The position numbers were made by a program, and so were the translations under genes. A stretch of DNA of 46,614 nucleotides, the filler included, from Jimgerdemannia flammicorona (taxonomy: Eukaryota): NCBI GenBank assembly GCA_003990765.1. It is 2 parts of 2 records of this genome, joined end to end, with 100 filler letters (N's around TTAATTAATTAA, not from the genome) between each part and the next. Parts side by side here need not be neighbours in the genome. Positions count along the whole stretch, not along the records: positions 23,364 to 46,614 come from RBNJ01001129.1; 1 more part is not named here. One strand, given 5' to 3'. Below are positions 25,033 through 37,339 of this stretch, in pieces; positions within the stretch are counted from its first letter, which is position 1, and every line of letters starts with the position of its first letter. The notes under the pieces are model-generated. The model was not told where the DNA came from, searched no databases, and saw only the letters and a program-made list of their open reading frames with translations.

Positions 25033-25647
25033 GATTGGGAATGTGGGTTTGCAGGTATGTACGCAAGTCAAGTACAATAAGCTTGTGTTTGACACACTCG
25101 CTCTTGCGAAACAATCCTGCCTGATTCATCTTTTTCGGGTCGAACCCGATTGGAATGTATTTCCCAATCAGGCATACTCGGCGACATTCGATTTGATTGG
25201 TGAAAGGTATAATAAATCAATTTTTCTCTATCTGACACTCTATAATACCAAAATTTTTATATAAATAAAAGAAAATAGATGTTAAATATATTACTTTAAT
25301 ATCTACTTTGAATAATTATATTTCAAAAATTTCAATATAAAATAAATCTATATCAAATAGATATTTAAGAATATATATAATTAAAATTAAAAATCTATTT
25401 CAAATTATTGAAAAATAATATTAGAAAAAATATATTATACTTTTATATATCTCTTTCTCTATAACTGAGAATATTACTAAGTAGATAATTTTTATTTTGA
25501 AAAAAATGATAATAATATATTTTTTATTATAAATATAACTCAATTTATTCAAAAATGAAATTTGTTTAAAGTTATTTATATCTGGTATCAACTATAGAGA
25601 ATATATTGTCAACTAAATACTAATCAGTTAATAGAAAATGAATAATT

Positions 25648-25770
25648 AAAAACTTGCCCATATAGGGCTATCCACTCAGGAAAATTATATCATCCTTGTG
25701 TAGTGGCCATACTAATCTTCTCTGTATAATTCTAATTTTTTCAAGTGTCAGCAGTCCTGAAGGACTTGAC
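25648..25770 (-). ncRNA. U6: U6 snRNA-like sequence, probably a mutated pseudogene
   Basis: The minus strand reads GTCAAGTCCTTCAGGACTGCTGAC (5' stem-loop) ...ATACAGAGAAGATTAGTATGGCCACTACACAAGGATGA... and ends in T5. It matches the U6 ACAGAGA box and ISL, with transitions. Confidence 0.85.
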
Positions 25771-25789
25771 AGAAATGAATAATTAATTA

Positions 25790-26745
25790 TAATTTCAATA
25801 ATAAGGAGAAATAATTAAATTATATAAAAGAAAAGAAAATAATAAAAAAATATATAATTACTTGATCACCTAAATATCCTTATAATTTTGATCAAACAGA
25901 ACCTGACTGCAAAATAGTCACTAGAATTATATATAGTATTGATAGCATAGTGAGTTATTTTATAAAGATTATGAAGAGAGAATATATAGAGTTTTTTTTA
26001 TTTAATAATTATTATAGTATTGTATTTCTATCAAAAAAGACACTTTCTGAGATAGATTTATTGTTCTCTCTCTATATACTCTATTATTTAAGCTATTGAT
26101 AGATAGAATTTGCTATAAGATAGCTAGGCTCTTTATTTTAAAAATAGAATAGAAGGTTAGAGTCTTTGCTGATAATATAGTAATTGATCTTAGCTTAGTT
26201 ACTAATATTGGAATACTGAGAAAGATAGTAAAGTAGTATGACAAGTATTCTGAGGTAAAGCTCAGTATAAGTGTGAGATAATAGTTTTGAAGAATAGTCC
26301 AATAGATTGATATATTATTAGAAGTATTATTTCTAAAGAGAAGCCATATAGTATCTAAGTATTTTCTTATTAGTATATGAGTCTGTCTCATCTAAAGTCT
26401 GATGAGAGAAGAAGATAGTTAATTGGAGTATAGTTCTTTAGAGCTAGAGAGGATATTATAACTCTCTGACAGAGTAGATATTGATATTAAATATTTACTA
26501 GTTACCAATACTATAGTATCTAATATATTATTTAAACATTTTATCATAGTAATAAAGAGATTAGTAAAGATAGTAAATAATTATATCTGAGCTGAAAAGT
26601 GGTGTCAAATTGGTTAAAAGGTCTTAAAATTACTAGTAAATAGGAGTAGTCTTAAATTGATAGACTTCTCTAAGAGACTATATTACTTACAAGCTTAGTA
26701 ATTAAAGAGAGCTGTAGAGTTACAAAGAGATAGGTGAGTATAGAG
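25790..26745 (+). mobile_element. LINE D: very decayed ORF2 RT fragment related to LINE A/B/C
   Basis: VFADNIVIDL (FADD) near 26162. 26500-26740 aligns by eye with LINE A 17725-17965. Left limit is approximate. Confidence 0.65.
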
Positions 26746-29700
26746 ACATCTTTCTCCTAGACAATTTATGTTATACCAACTTCAAGCAGCAGTTTTCAAT
26801 ATAATTTAGAGAAAAGGTACTATAAAAATGTCATTAAGGAAGAGTTCTGATAGGTGTGCTGAGTCTGGTGGATCTGGGGTATTTGGCTGGCAGAAGGTGG
26901 GGAGAGGTTATAGACTGGAAATGGGGGCCTTTGGAGAGTTGAAGGGGAGAGAAGATTCTGAAGGAAGACCAGTAATGGGTGAAACTGGGAGTAGGCCTGG
27001 CCCCCCTAGCTTTGCAAATAAGGTGAAAGTGAGTGGATGGCTAACTGGAACTAGGGTGGGTGCTGCTGAGGGGAAGGGCAAGGTAAGCATCAGGAGGAGG
27101 AGTAGTACTCAGATAGGGGATGTGAACATAGGTACTAGAGGAGCTGTGGCTGGAGGTGTGACTGTTGATAGGAGTATGACAGAAAATCAGAAAGAAAAAA
27201 GAAATGTAACAGCTGATGGCAGAATGGGGCAGGGGTTTCCGATGTAGAAGGGGGACCTAGCAGAGAGTATAATGGGGCTGGCAGTAGCATTATTGCTCAA
27301 GAAGTCAATCTCGGAGTTTGTGGCTATCTTGTATTTCCAGGGCTTGGTGGTGACTGTGAGAATGGTCCTGGGGCTTATCTTAAAGCAGTTGGCTGAAGCT
27401 GCCTTATTGAAGTTCCTGAAGGGTCTGGAGAGGATTGAGGTGGGCTTTGAGGAGACAGGTCTGCTAGATGAGGCTCTGAAGACTAGAGTGGTGATCAGGG
27501 AAGTGGTGGTCTCTATGGTATACTATCTTAGGTGGGATCCCAGAGTGGTTCAGCTATTGGTGAAGAGAGTGCTTACAGTAATAGCAGTTGAGACGAGAAA
27601 GAGAATTGAGGAGGTGATGGCAGAGTATAGTAATGTTGTTGATATTAGTTTCCAGATATGGGAGGGAACCACTATCAGGACAGGTAATATTGATGTCCAG
27701 ATTTAGCTAATAGGAAAGGAGGCCACTGGAAAGACAAGTAACTGGCCATCAGTGATACTATGGGGGGCTTTTATCTATTGGGTGTCAAGGGTGAAAGAGA
27801 GTGAGGAGGAAGAGGAGGATCTACTGGAGGCTCTGAAAGAGATGCATGGGGCTGTCGAGCAGAGAGCAAAATTCTGGAAGAAATATGTAAAGTTGACATA
27901 TTTGGAGATTGTAGAGAAGAAGTATATTCGCACTGACAAGAGGTAGTGGGAGTAGGCCCAGAGGCATATGAGACAGAGAGAGCTGTTGGCAAGTATGAAA
28001 GGAGGAGTGAAGAAGAGGGTTGATGGGACTGAGGAGTCTGGGAATATTAAAGTCAGTGTCTGGGCTAGTAAAGGAGGAGGAGAGGTGGAGGCAGACAAGA
28101 AAGAGGTTGGGAAGATGCCAAGCAAGGATCATTATACAGATAGTACATTTGAAGTCTGGAAGTAGGATTTGGATAACACCCTCCCTCTCTTGTCAGGAGA
28201 GGCCCAGTTGTAATAAGAGAGGTAGTAGAGAATGTACCAATGCGAGGTACTCAGCAAGTATACTTTGGAATTCCCAATATAGTAAAAGAGAGTCAGGTAT
28301 TGGCAGTTAGCAAGGACAAGCTGGTGGATATCCCAGAGGAGAGGTGGGATGAGGCTGCTAGTGTAGGAGCAGATATTATAATGCTAGATGCAGGGAGGCC
28401 AGAGATGCCTGGAGGAAAGGAGGTGAAGAACCTGCTGTGGATGAGCAAGGTAATGGATAACCTTGCAGCTGAGGAGTTGGGAGAAGTAGACTTGTGTGTG
28501 ATGCCTGAGGAGTACTGGGTGTGGATTCTGTATAGAGATAGAGTGGTTGAGGTGCTGAAAACAGAGATTTTTGCAATTTTTCTGGAAGAAGAGAGATACA
28601 AGATTGATAAGATGAGAGAGGCTGAGCTGGCAGTTGTTGCTAGTGAGTGGGCTGCCTACTGTTGGGCATAGCATTATGGTTTGCAGCTCTGGCAGAAGGC
28701 CTGTCTGGAGTATCATGAGGACTTTGAGGAAAAAGAGGATGGGGAGATGGCTGAACTTCTAGAAAGATTGGAGGCAAAGGCAGCTGAAGAGAAGGAACTA
28801 GCTGCAGAACTTAGCTTGGACTTAGTACAGAAAGAGTTGAATGTAGATTTGTAGATGATGAGATAGATAATTAACTTTATTCCTTATAAATAGTACAATT
28901 AATATTTTCTTTCTGAATGTGAATGGATTATGGAGTTCTGAGTAGTATAAGAACATTTTTACTTAGCTTAAGAGATTAGAGGCTGATCTCTTTTTACTAC
29001 AGGATGTATAGTATGAGAATGAGGAGGATCAGGTAGAGTGGACTAGAGAATGGGGAGGAGCTACTGCTTTAATTAGCAAAGTGGTGATTCTCGTGAGGAA
29101 GGGTAGAGGAGATTTGGGTGAGATCAGAAGCTGGGGTGACTATTTGATCTAGGGAGAATGGCATAGATTTGGGTAGGAATCAGTGAGAGTTGGCTCCTGC
29201 TACTGTCCTGCAGTTAGGAGAGAGCAGATTGAGTGGATTAGGGATCTTTTGGAAGAGGGCATTCTCTTGGAGGAGGGCATTCTCTTAGAGGAGGGCACTC
29301 TCTTAGAGGAGGGCATTCTCTTAGAGGATGGGGTCAATGTTCTGAGAGATGACTTTAATATGGTACAGGATCTCTGGGTAGATCAAACTGATAGAGAGAG
29401 GAGTGCAGATGGGAGGAGTGGTGGTCTGGATAAGTGAGAGGAGGTTGAGATCCTTAGCTCCTTAGGGGATATAAGTAGAATATAGTAGGGCAACAGGAGA
29501 GTCTATATGCAATAGATGAATTGATTGAGTATGAGAATTGACTGGATTCTGATAGCAGAATGTTCGGGTATTGATATTTGAAGGAGTCTGGAGGTAGAGT
29601 GATGCCTATGGTCTGATTACCGGGGGCTTTTGGGGCAGAGGCAGTTTGGGGCGAGTGGAGATGGATCTGGACATTAGTGCCTTAACTCCTTTCTGCTAGC

Positions 29701-31929
29701 TGAAAAGTAGTTGTGGGACCCATGAGTGGATGATATTCAAGAGAAGATCACAAACTGGATATATAAGAGTTTATCTGTGAGTGTTTGTTGTATGAGATTG
29801 AAGGAGGCTGCAAGGGTATATTAGGGAGGAGCTGGTAGGGAGGCTGGGAGGCAGAGAAGGAAGTGAGTAAGGTTTACTTCTAACAGGCTGATTAGATTGC
29901 AGATAGAATGGGCTGATTTGCTTTCTTCTATAGAGATAGAGAATTGGAGGCTTGAATGGGTGATTTTGGAGGTAGTGGAGTTGCATCAGATATTGCTAGA
30001 AGAGAAAGAGATTTGTATAAAAGGAATAGCTGCCAGGCTATAATGGCAGAGACTTGAGGAGAGAGAGTGGTCTACTAGATACTTATCTAGGCTTCTCCAA
30101 GCTAGAAGGGTACAATATAGATAGGATAGGGTTCTTAATGCCAAGGGGGAGATAGTGCATAGTATGCAATAGATCTTTGAGATACTGAAGGAGAGATGGA
30201 GGAGACTATAGAGTGAGGAGAAAGGGAGTGCTAATGAAGAAATGATTGGAGACACATTGCAGGAGTGGGAACCACCACAAGTAGAGAAACTTAGTAACTT
30301 GATTCTACCAGTCCAAGAGGAGGAAATCCAGAGAGTCCTTGTATTAACTAAGCTCAGGACAGCACTAGATGAGGATGGGCTGTCTTGGGACTTTTGGAAG
30401 AAGATGGCAAAGATCTCTAGAGTATTAGGAGAGATGACAGCCCTCTGTGATCATGTCCTATTAGAGGGCAAGTGGGTTGGAGAGCAGGATCTGGGGCTGA
30501 TGGCTTCCTGTACAAAGATAAGAGAAGGAGAGAAAACTGAAAGAACTGGAGACCAATTATGCTCCTGGATATTAACAGAAAGATTGTGACTAAGGTGATT
30601 GTTGTAAGGCTATTGAAGGTGGCCCAACAGATGCTAGGTGAAGAGCAGTGGGACTTTGTTAGAGGCTGACTTATCAGAGATAAGACTGCCTGGGTGCTTG
30701 GTATCATTGAAGAGACATAGGCTTATAGACCAGATAGAAGACTGATCTTTTTGGATTAGGAGAAGACCTATGACTGTGTTTAGAGAGTCTGGCTGGACAA
30801 GGTGCTATAGTGTTTCCCCACAATTTTAAGTCTCTATATTGAATTTGTTGGAGGGCAGTAGGGCTGTACTACTATATAATAGTTACCAGGGTCTGAAATT
30901 TCACTTAAGAAGAGGAGTTCCTCAAGGAGATCCACTGTCTCCCCTTCTCTATACTCTTTCATTAAAATCTCTGATAGATAGGATTCATCAGAAGATAGCA
31001 GAGATCTCTCTGTATGGTATAGTATAGAAGGTGGGGGCTTTTGCTGATGATATGAGAGTTGGACTTGACTCTGTAGCAGATATTGAGGCACTAAGAAGTC
31101 AGTGGAATAGTATGAGGTATACTTTGGGGCAAAATTTAACTGGCATAAGTGTGAGATAATAGTGCTGGGGAATGGGCTAGTGGGGAGAGACATTATTGGA
31201 ATAATTGTCCCTACAGGAGAGATAGTTCGGTATCTAGGCATCTTCCTCTCTATATATGGCTCTATCTTACCATGAGTATGGTGGGAGAGGAGGGTGGACA
31301 TTTGAAAGGAAGCTCTTAGAGGTTGTGGGGGTCACCATATCTCTCTGGCAGGATGGGTGTCAATTCTAAATGTCTACTAGTTCTCCAAGCTATGGTATGT
31401 GGCCTATTACTTCGACTTCCCAGCTTGGATGAGGAGGCTGACAAAGCTAGCTAGAAATTGGATTTGGATAGAGAGGAGATCTCAGATCAGTTGAGATACT
31501 CTTGGAATACCAATAGTTAGAGGAGAACTAGGCCTTGTAGACTTCTCTAAAAGGCTGTACTACTTATAGATCTGGTGATTAAAAAGGGCTATTGAACTGC
31601 AGAGAGAGGGTTGGGTACCACTGATACAAAAGATATAGGAGAGGAGATTCTCCCCTCAAGAGTCCTCAAGAGATTTGCTCTTACTGGTGGATCTGAATAG
31701 AAGTCGAAGGATGTGGTATAAGGGCTTCTGGTGGGGGGTAGTGGATGAAGCATACTGAATAGGTCTGTACTCGCAGGGTATGAGGGGGAGGTACTATGGG
31801 AACTAGCAATGTAGCGATGGAATAGACTACTTCTGTGAGGTGTTCCACTTGATAAGTTTAATATTGAGAATAGAGTAAAGTGTCAGCAGAGACTTGGCCA
31901 AGATCTTTGGCTGAGTGGTTGGCAGGTAG
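26746..31929 (+). mobile_element. LINE C: decayed copy of the LINE A family, 3'-truncated at a telomeric tract
   Basis: 5'UTR, ORF1 (ATG 26828) and ORF2 (~28890 onward) are colinear with LINE A up to GGCAGGTAG (LINE A ~18280). No 3'UTR or poly(A). Confidence 0.9.
29252..29323 (+). repeat. 18-bp tandem repeat x4 (EEGILL) in the LINE C endonuclease
   Basis: GAGGAGGGCATTCTCTTA x4; LINE A has a single copy. Confidence 0.9.
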
Positions 31930-31964
31930 TTAGGGGTAGGGTTAGGGGTAGGGTTAGGGTTAGG
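31930..31964 (+). repeat. Interstitial telomeric tract (TTAGGG with GTAGGG variants)
   Basis: TTAGGGGTAGGGTTAGGGGTAGGGTTAGGGTTAGG. Confidence 0.9.
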
Positions 31965-34900
31965 CTTCAAGTAAGAATTTATTTATTGTAGAGAAGAAAA
32001 GATACATCAGAGCAATAAATGGCAAAGACTCCTAAGATGAGAAAAGCAGAACAAGGCCAGTGAAGTAAACAACTAGCTAAGAAGTACAAGACAAAGGCTA
32101 GAGAGGTAATCACCCTATCGATGGGCTGGATAAAATCATTTTGTCATGACTATAAAGATAAAAAATGCAGAAAGCAAAGAAGAGAGAAACTAAGATAAAA
32201 TATACAAATGACTGATACTAACTACAGAAATAATATCAATAACTAAATACCAAATAGCTGATATGAGAAATATAACTCAATGCACTCTCAACAACAAGAG
32301 AATCAACTGGAGTGAATGAGAGAAAAAAAAAAAAAAGAATTAAAGAAAATGTGTGATTGCTCAATTACCCAAGTATCATTGTAATCTCGGCTAGGCAGAA
32401 CCCGACCACGAGGTGGCCACCAGAATTATACATGGCATCAATAGCATGGTAGGCTGTCTTGTGAAGAGCATGAAGAGAGTATGTGTGAAGTTCATTCTGC
32501 TATTTGTCATTGGTAAACCAATCAAGCTGTTCAGCATGATCGGTATCATCTCGAAAAGCAGCATAGAAACCATCAAGAAGACCATATCTGAGGAGATAGC
32601 CATGATGAAACTTATCTCCATAGGGGCAGGGGTGGGGTTGGCCAAAGTAGCCATAATACTAGGCAAGCATAGAGTGCCCAAGCTGGGGAGAGAAGGAGAG
32701 AATGTGATCAGCAACTCTAGACTATAAGCAGTCTTTGGGAGTAATGTACCAGACAAGCACCTGGGAGAAGGAGGCCCATTCCTGCAACAATTGGTCCCGA
32801 AGGAACGATTGGAGGAAGGAGCAGAGCAAGCGAGTCTTGTGGACCTGGGGATGAAGGTCCCAGTACTAGTCAAGAAAGTCAAGCCAGGAAGTCCAATGCT
32901 GGAACTTACCTATGATGAACCTGGGGGATGCATGATAAAGCACTCACTAAGGGAGTTGATGAGGTTGTTGCCGGACTTGCTACACCAATCCAGATAGGCT
33001 TGGAACATGCAGCAGAGGTCTGACATATGACAGAAGAAGGAGGCGAGGTCAAGAATCAAGCTACCAAGCAAGGAACAGTCAGAAAATCCGACCACCTAAG
33101 TAACAGCATCATCAAAGACCTGCTTGGGATGCTTCAGCACCTGAAGCCCTATGGTAGTTGCCGGGCAGGAGGCTCATAGAAGGGGAAGGCCATATTCCAG
33201 CTGAGGCCTGATGAAAGTTTGAACGATGGCCAGCTTGACCATTGGCAACCAGAGGGGCCCATGGGAATGGCAGAATCCAAGAGTTCATTCCACCTTTACC
33301 ATATTCTGTAATACCAGGCTGACAAAGTCAAACCCTTTGTTAGTGTACAGTACACCCAGGTATATATAGGAGAGAGGCCATGGGCAGGGCTTGCCACCAA
33401 TCTGTACAATACAGTCGATAGAGCCAACATAGCTGCACTTCTTAGGATTGAGTTCCATACCATTCACCAGGAGCCAGTTGTTGCAGAAGTCAATCATCCT
33501 CTGTCCTTCTGTAGCAGTGCAGAGAGTGAGGGCAATATCATTGGCAAAAAAGAGCCTGAGAGAGAAGTCATACTCCTTAAACTATTCATCAAAGGAGGTG
33601 GCAAGGGGGTCAATAAAGACATCAAAGAGCCAGGGGGAGAGGAGGGAGCCCTGAAAAAGGCCATGCTCAGTGGAGACTGAAGGGGTGATGAGGCCATTAA
33701 TAACTACCTGGTAAGAACAGTAGTTGATCAGGCTGCGAATAATGCTTAGGAGGGCTGCATCAGCACCTCTTGCCTCAAGTCAAGAAAGAATAAGCTTGAG
33801 GGAGACTCTATCATAAGCCTGCCAGAGGTCAAGGAAGAAATGGTAGCCCTATCTCTTGGCCCATATCTCATATGAAAGCAAGACATGAGAGAGGGACAAG
33901 AAGCAGGTTCAGAAGCTGCCTTGGTAGTGCAACATTTCTGACAGGTCACTTTGGCTCTTGACATAACCTTCCAAACACTGCTTAAAGAGTCTACGAAATA
34001 TTTCAGTGAGAGTGATAGAGCGAAAACCATTGATTGTATATGATTTCTCCTTCTTAGAGATGGGGGTAATAATGGCAGAGTTCCAGTGGTGGAGAGTGAG
34101 CCCCCAAACCACACACATCTAGAAGAAGAAGGACAGGGCTTTGGAGAGGCTACAGAGAGTGTCCTTCTCACCTGCCATTACTTGAAGGATCTAGACATGC
34201 AAGGAGTTCGCCCCACAGGCCTTCGAGAGGGGGTAGCTGTAGATAGCCCTCCAAACTATAGGCTGGTCAAACCAAGCCTACTGCCCAAGAGCACCAATAC
34301 CAAAGGAAAAGACATCCTTGGAGTTATCGAGGCGGAGGGAGGCATTAGGCTGGCTAAAGATAGTGGTAAAGTGAGCAACTATATCGTCAAACACTGAAAT
34401 AGCAGGAGAATGAGATTAAAGGGCAGTGGAGGGGGTGGAGCGGTATGCTCACTTGAAATAATGGATAGCATCAGAGACAGAGAATGCACTGCAAAGAAGG
34501 TCCTGCCAGAGGAGTGGTGCTGCTCTGATTTCTCTTGCATCATACGAGTCAAGAATGTCCTCATAGACTAACTGTAGACCAGAGATCAAAAGAGTATCAA
34601 GAGAATCCACAAACTACTGGCAATCTTCTACAGAGTGAAAGCTAGAGATGTGGTCCCAGATGGAATAAATGGACCTGACAACAGTATCACAAATGATATC
34701 TGCTGATTCCCAAAGGTAGGCTTGAATGACCAGATCGGTCAGATATCTTACAGAGTAGCAGCGGACACCAGCCAAGATAGCAACTGGCAAGGGGGAGAAG
34801 GGAAAGGAGACAGTGAGGAGGGAGGGGTGATCTGTAGCGATAGGAGGGGTTGAGCAGGTGAGAGATGTGTAGAGGGATGTAGTGGCGAATATGTGATCAA

Positions 34901-37317
34901 TGTATGTGGATCCAGCCACTAGGGTCAGGTGGTTCAATGACCACATCATCAGAGAGGTGTTGATGACATCCATCCAATTGCAAGGACCAGAGTTGACATT
35001 ACCAAGACAAGCACCAAAGTGGATATTGATGTCACTGATCAGGAGGGCCTTAACCAGGAAGAGTCCAGACATAAGATCAAAGAAGCCACCAATGGGAAGA
35101 GAGGGAGAGACATAAACCCTGATCAAAGCCAAGCCCTGGAATATGAGCTGGAAATAGAAGAGATCGGCAGAGGATATAGAAATGAGGGGGTGAAACAGTT
35201 TGACACAAGGACTACAAGCTCACCATTCTGGTAGCCCATGATTTTGTGTGATGCCAGAGGAGAGAACATGTGAATAAGCAGAGAGGGATGCAGTGGAATG
35301 TACCATATTTCACATATAAAAAGAATATTAAGGGCAGGATCAATCAACCAACTGAGTACATCAAACTTGTCCTGAGTTAGTTTATATTATATGCATTGAG
35401 GAACCTGACTCTCATTGAGGGCTGGGTGCATTAGTACCAACAGCATAGGAAGCACCTAAGGAGGAAGCTTCAGCTTCCTAATCTATTGCCATCTCACTAG
35501 TCATGACTACAATACCACTTGCCTTTGAAGCAGGGCCAGCCAACAGGGGAGCAGAGGAGGGGGGAGAGTTAGGCTAAGTTCTACAGCCTAAGCTTGATAG
35601 AAGATCTGCACCTCAGGCTGCTTTATAGTGGCATTGCTTGCCAACTACCGAACCTGAGTATGGAAAGATTGGAGTACCTGTGTCTTCATGGCCTCTGTGG
35701 TGTTCTTGTTGTAGGGGAGCACAGGGTCCTAGGCCAAGAGTACTGAGAACCCAAGTGCGTTCATCTTCTTTTGGAATTATGACATAATCAGAGCAGAGCA
35801 GGAATTCGATAGTTGATACCGAGATGTACGATATGTTGAGAATCTTTGACAATATCACATAGATGTCATACAAGTTCTTCTGGATCTAACCAATCTTAAG
35901 ATGGGTAAATCCATTGATGTAAACATGCTGCAGCTGAGTACCTCTCTCAGTCAGCAACAAATAAGAGATTGGCTTGTAGGTCATGTGTGAGAGGGCGGCA
36001 GTGGCGGCTGCCCTTTCCATCTCGAGGTAGGCCTGGGTCCTATCTTTGATAGAAACCTTCTTGGTGGTGACAGCATACAATTTGGGGAGGGCAGGGGTTG
36101 AAGCAGGGGATGAAGATGGGCCAGTGGTGCTGGGTCCTATCTTTGATAGAAACCATCTTAGTAGTGACAGCATACAATTTGGAGAGGGCAGGGGTCGAAG
36201 CAGGAGACAAAAATGGGCCAGTGGTGCTGGGTCCTATCTTTGATAGAAACCTTCTTGGTGGTGACAGCATACAATTTGGAGAGAGCAGGGGTCAAAGTAG
36301 AGGATGAAGATGGGCCAGTGGTACTGGGTCCTACAGGCATAGTCTGGGGCACTGGCCCGGGAGCCTTGGCTTTGTCCTTTTTAGGGGGTGTGACTTTAGC
36401 AGCCTGGGGTGCTACCATGGGAGTTATCTCTTTTAGTAGCATACTAGACTGCGATGCAGTGGCTTTAGCAGCCCGCTTATCCACTTGCTTCTGAGCCTTA
36501 GACCGCCTGTTCATGGCAGGGCCAGTAGAAGGGAGGGCTGAGGACTTGGGGAGGGCAGATGTAGAAGGGACAGCAGGGGTACTTCCTGAAAGAGTACCAA
36601 ATAACAAGGAGGTGGTGGGCACAGACCACGCAGTAAGCTGCGCCATCAGCTGAGTATTGATTTTGGCCAGATCAGCCACTTGAGTCAGCAGATCTGAGAT
36701 CTGCTTCCTTATCATGGCTATCTCTAAGACCAAATTGGGATTAGCTGAGGGGCCAGTATGACCAGCAGTCAGGGTCATGCCCAATCTAGTGTTCGGGTGA
36801 CCACGCTTATTCCAATTGAGGGGCAGAGGTATGGGGGAGAAGAGTGGGTGCTGGGCATTGTGGTCCAAAACAGAAGAGATCGTGATCTCTTCGTCATCTT
36901 TCACATCACACAGGGAAGATAAATATGCTGATATTGGTCATGCATCCCCGCACGACCTACACATTGCTGTAAGGCTACCCTCGCTGAAGCTGAGGGAAAG
37001 AAAACTGATGCTGTGATATTCAGCATAGCAGAGCAAAGCACCAAAGTGCACAAAGAGACAGATAGCATTACCATCATCATCAATGATGGAGGAGGTGGCC
37101 AACATTGCTGAAATAGGTGGAGGTATGTTTGCTTGTATTTGTGAAATTGTAAAATATGGGTCATATGACCTTTGTTTATTCAATGAAAAAATAATGCGGA
37201 AGGGGGTATTTATACCTGATGGGAGACTTAGCTAATCAAAGTGGCTGTTTTCTTAATTTGGAATAGCTTTGGGCCATAAAGCCAAGTCTAGCCAAATGGG
37301 AAAATCATGTGAGTGGC
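31965..37317 (-). mobile_element. Telomere-associated APE non-LTR retroelement, copy 1 (full length ~5.35 kb, decayed)
   Basis: ORF1 ~37180-35412 (coiled coil, P/S/T-rich linker). ORF2 35415-32365 has APE (LFICEIW, ISDIN, IDH, TDH), RT (GFRSITLTE, QGSF, QGSLLSP, LNPKKC, YIYLG) and a C-terminal Cys/His knuckle. ~400-nt 3'UTR with no poly(A). Confidence 0.88.
36034..36324. repeat. 97-bp tandem triplication in copy 1 ORF1
   Basis: TGGGTCCTA recurs at 36034, 36131, 36228 and 36325. Copy 2 has a single unit. Confidence 0.9.
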
Positions 37318-37339
37318 TTGGGTTAGAGTTAGGGTTAGG
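37318..37339 (+). repeat. Telomeric tract between copies 1 and 2
   Basis: TTGGGTTAGAGTTAGGGTTAGG. Confidence 0.85.

Noticed and set aside
25033..25095. GTG-initiated N-terminal extension of the CHAT ORF in the ORF track
   Set aside because: In a eukaryotic context the first in-frame ATG, at 25032, is the more plausible start.
25648..26745. U6-LINE chimeric retrocopy
   Set aside because: U6 and LINE D are on opposite strands, head-to-head, whereas template-switch chimeras are co-oriented.
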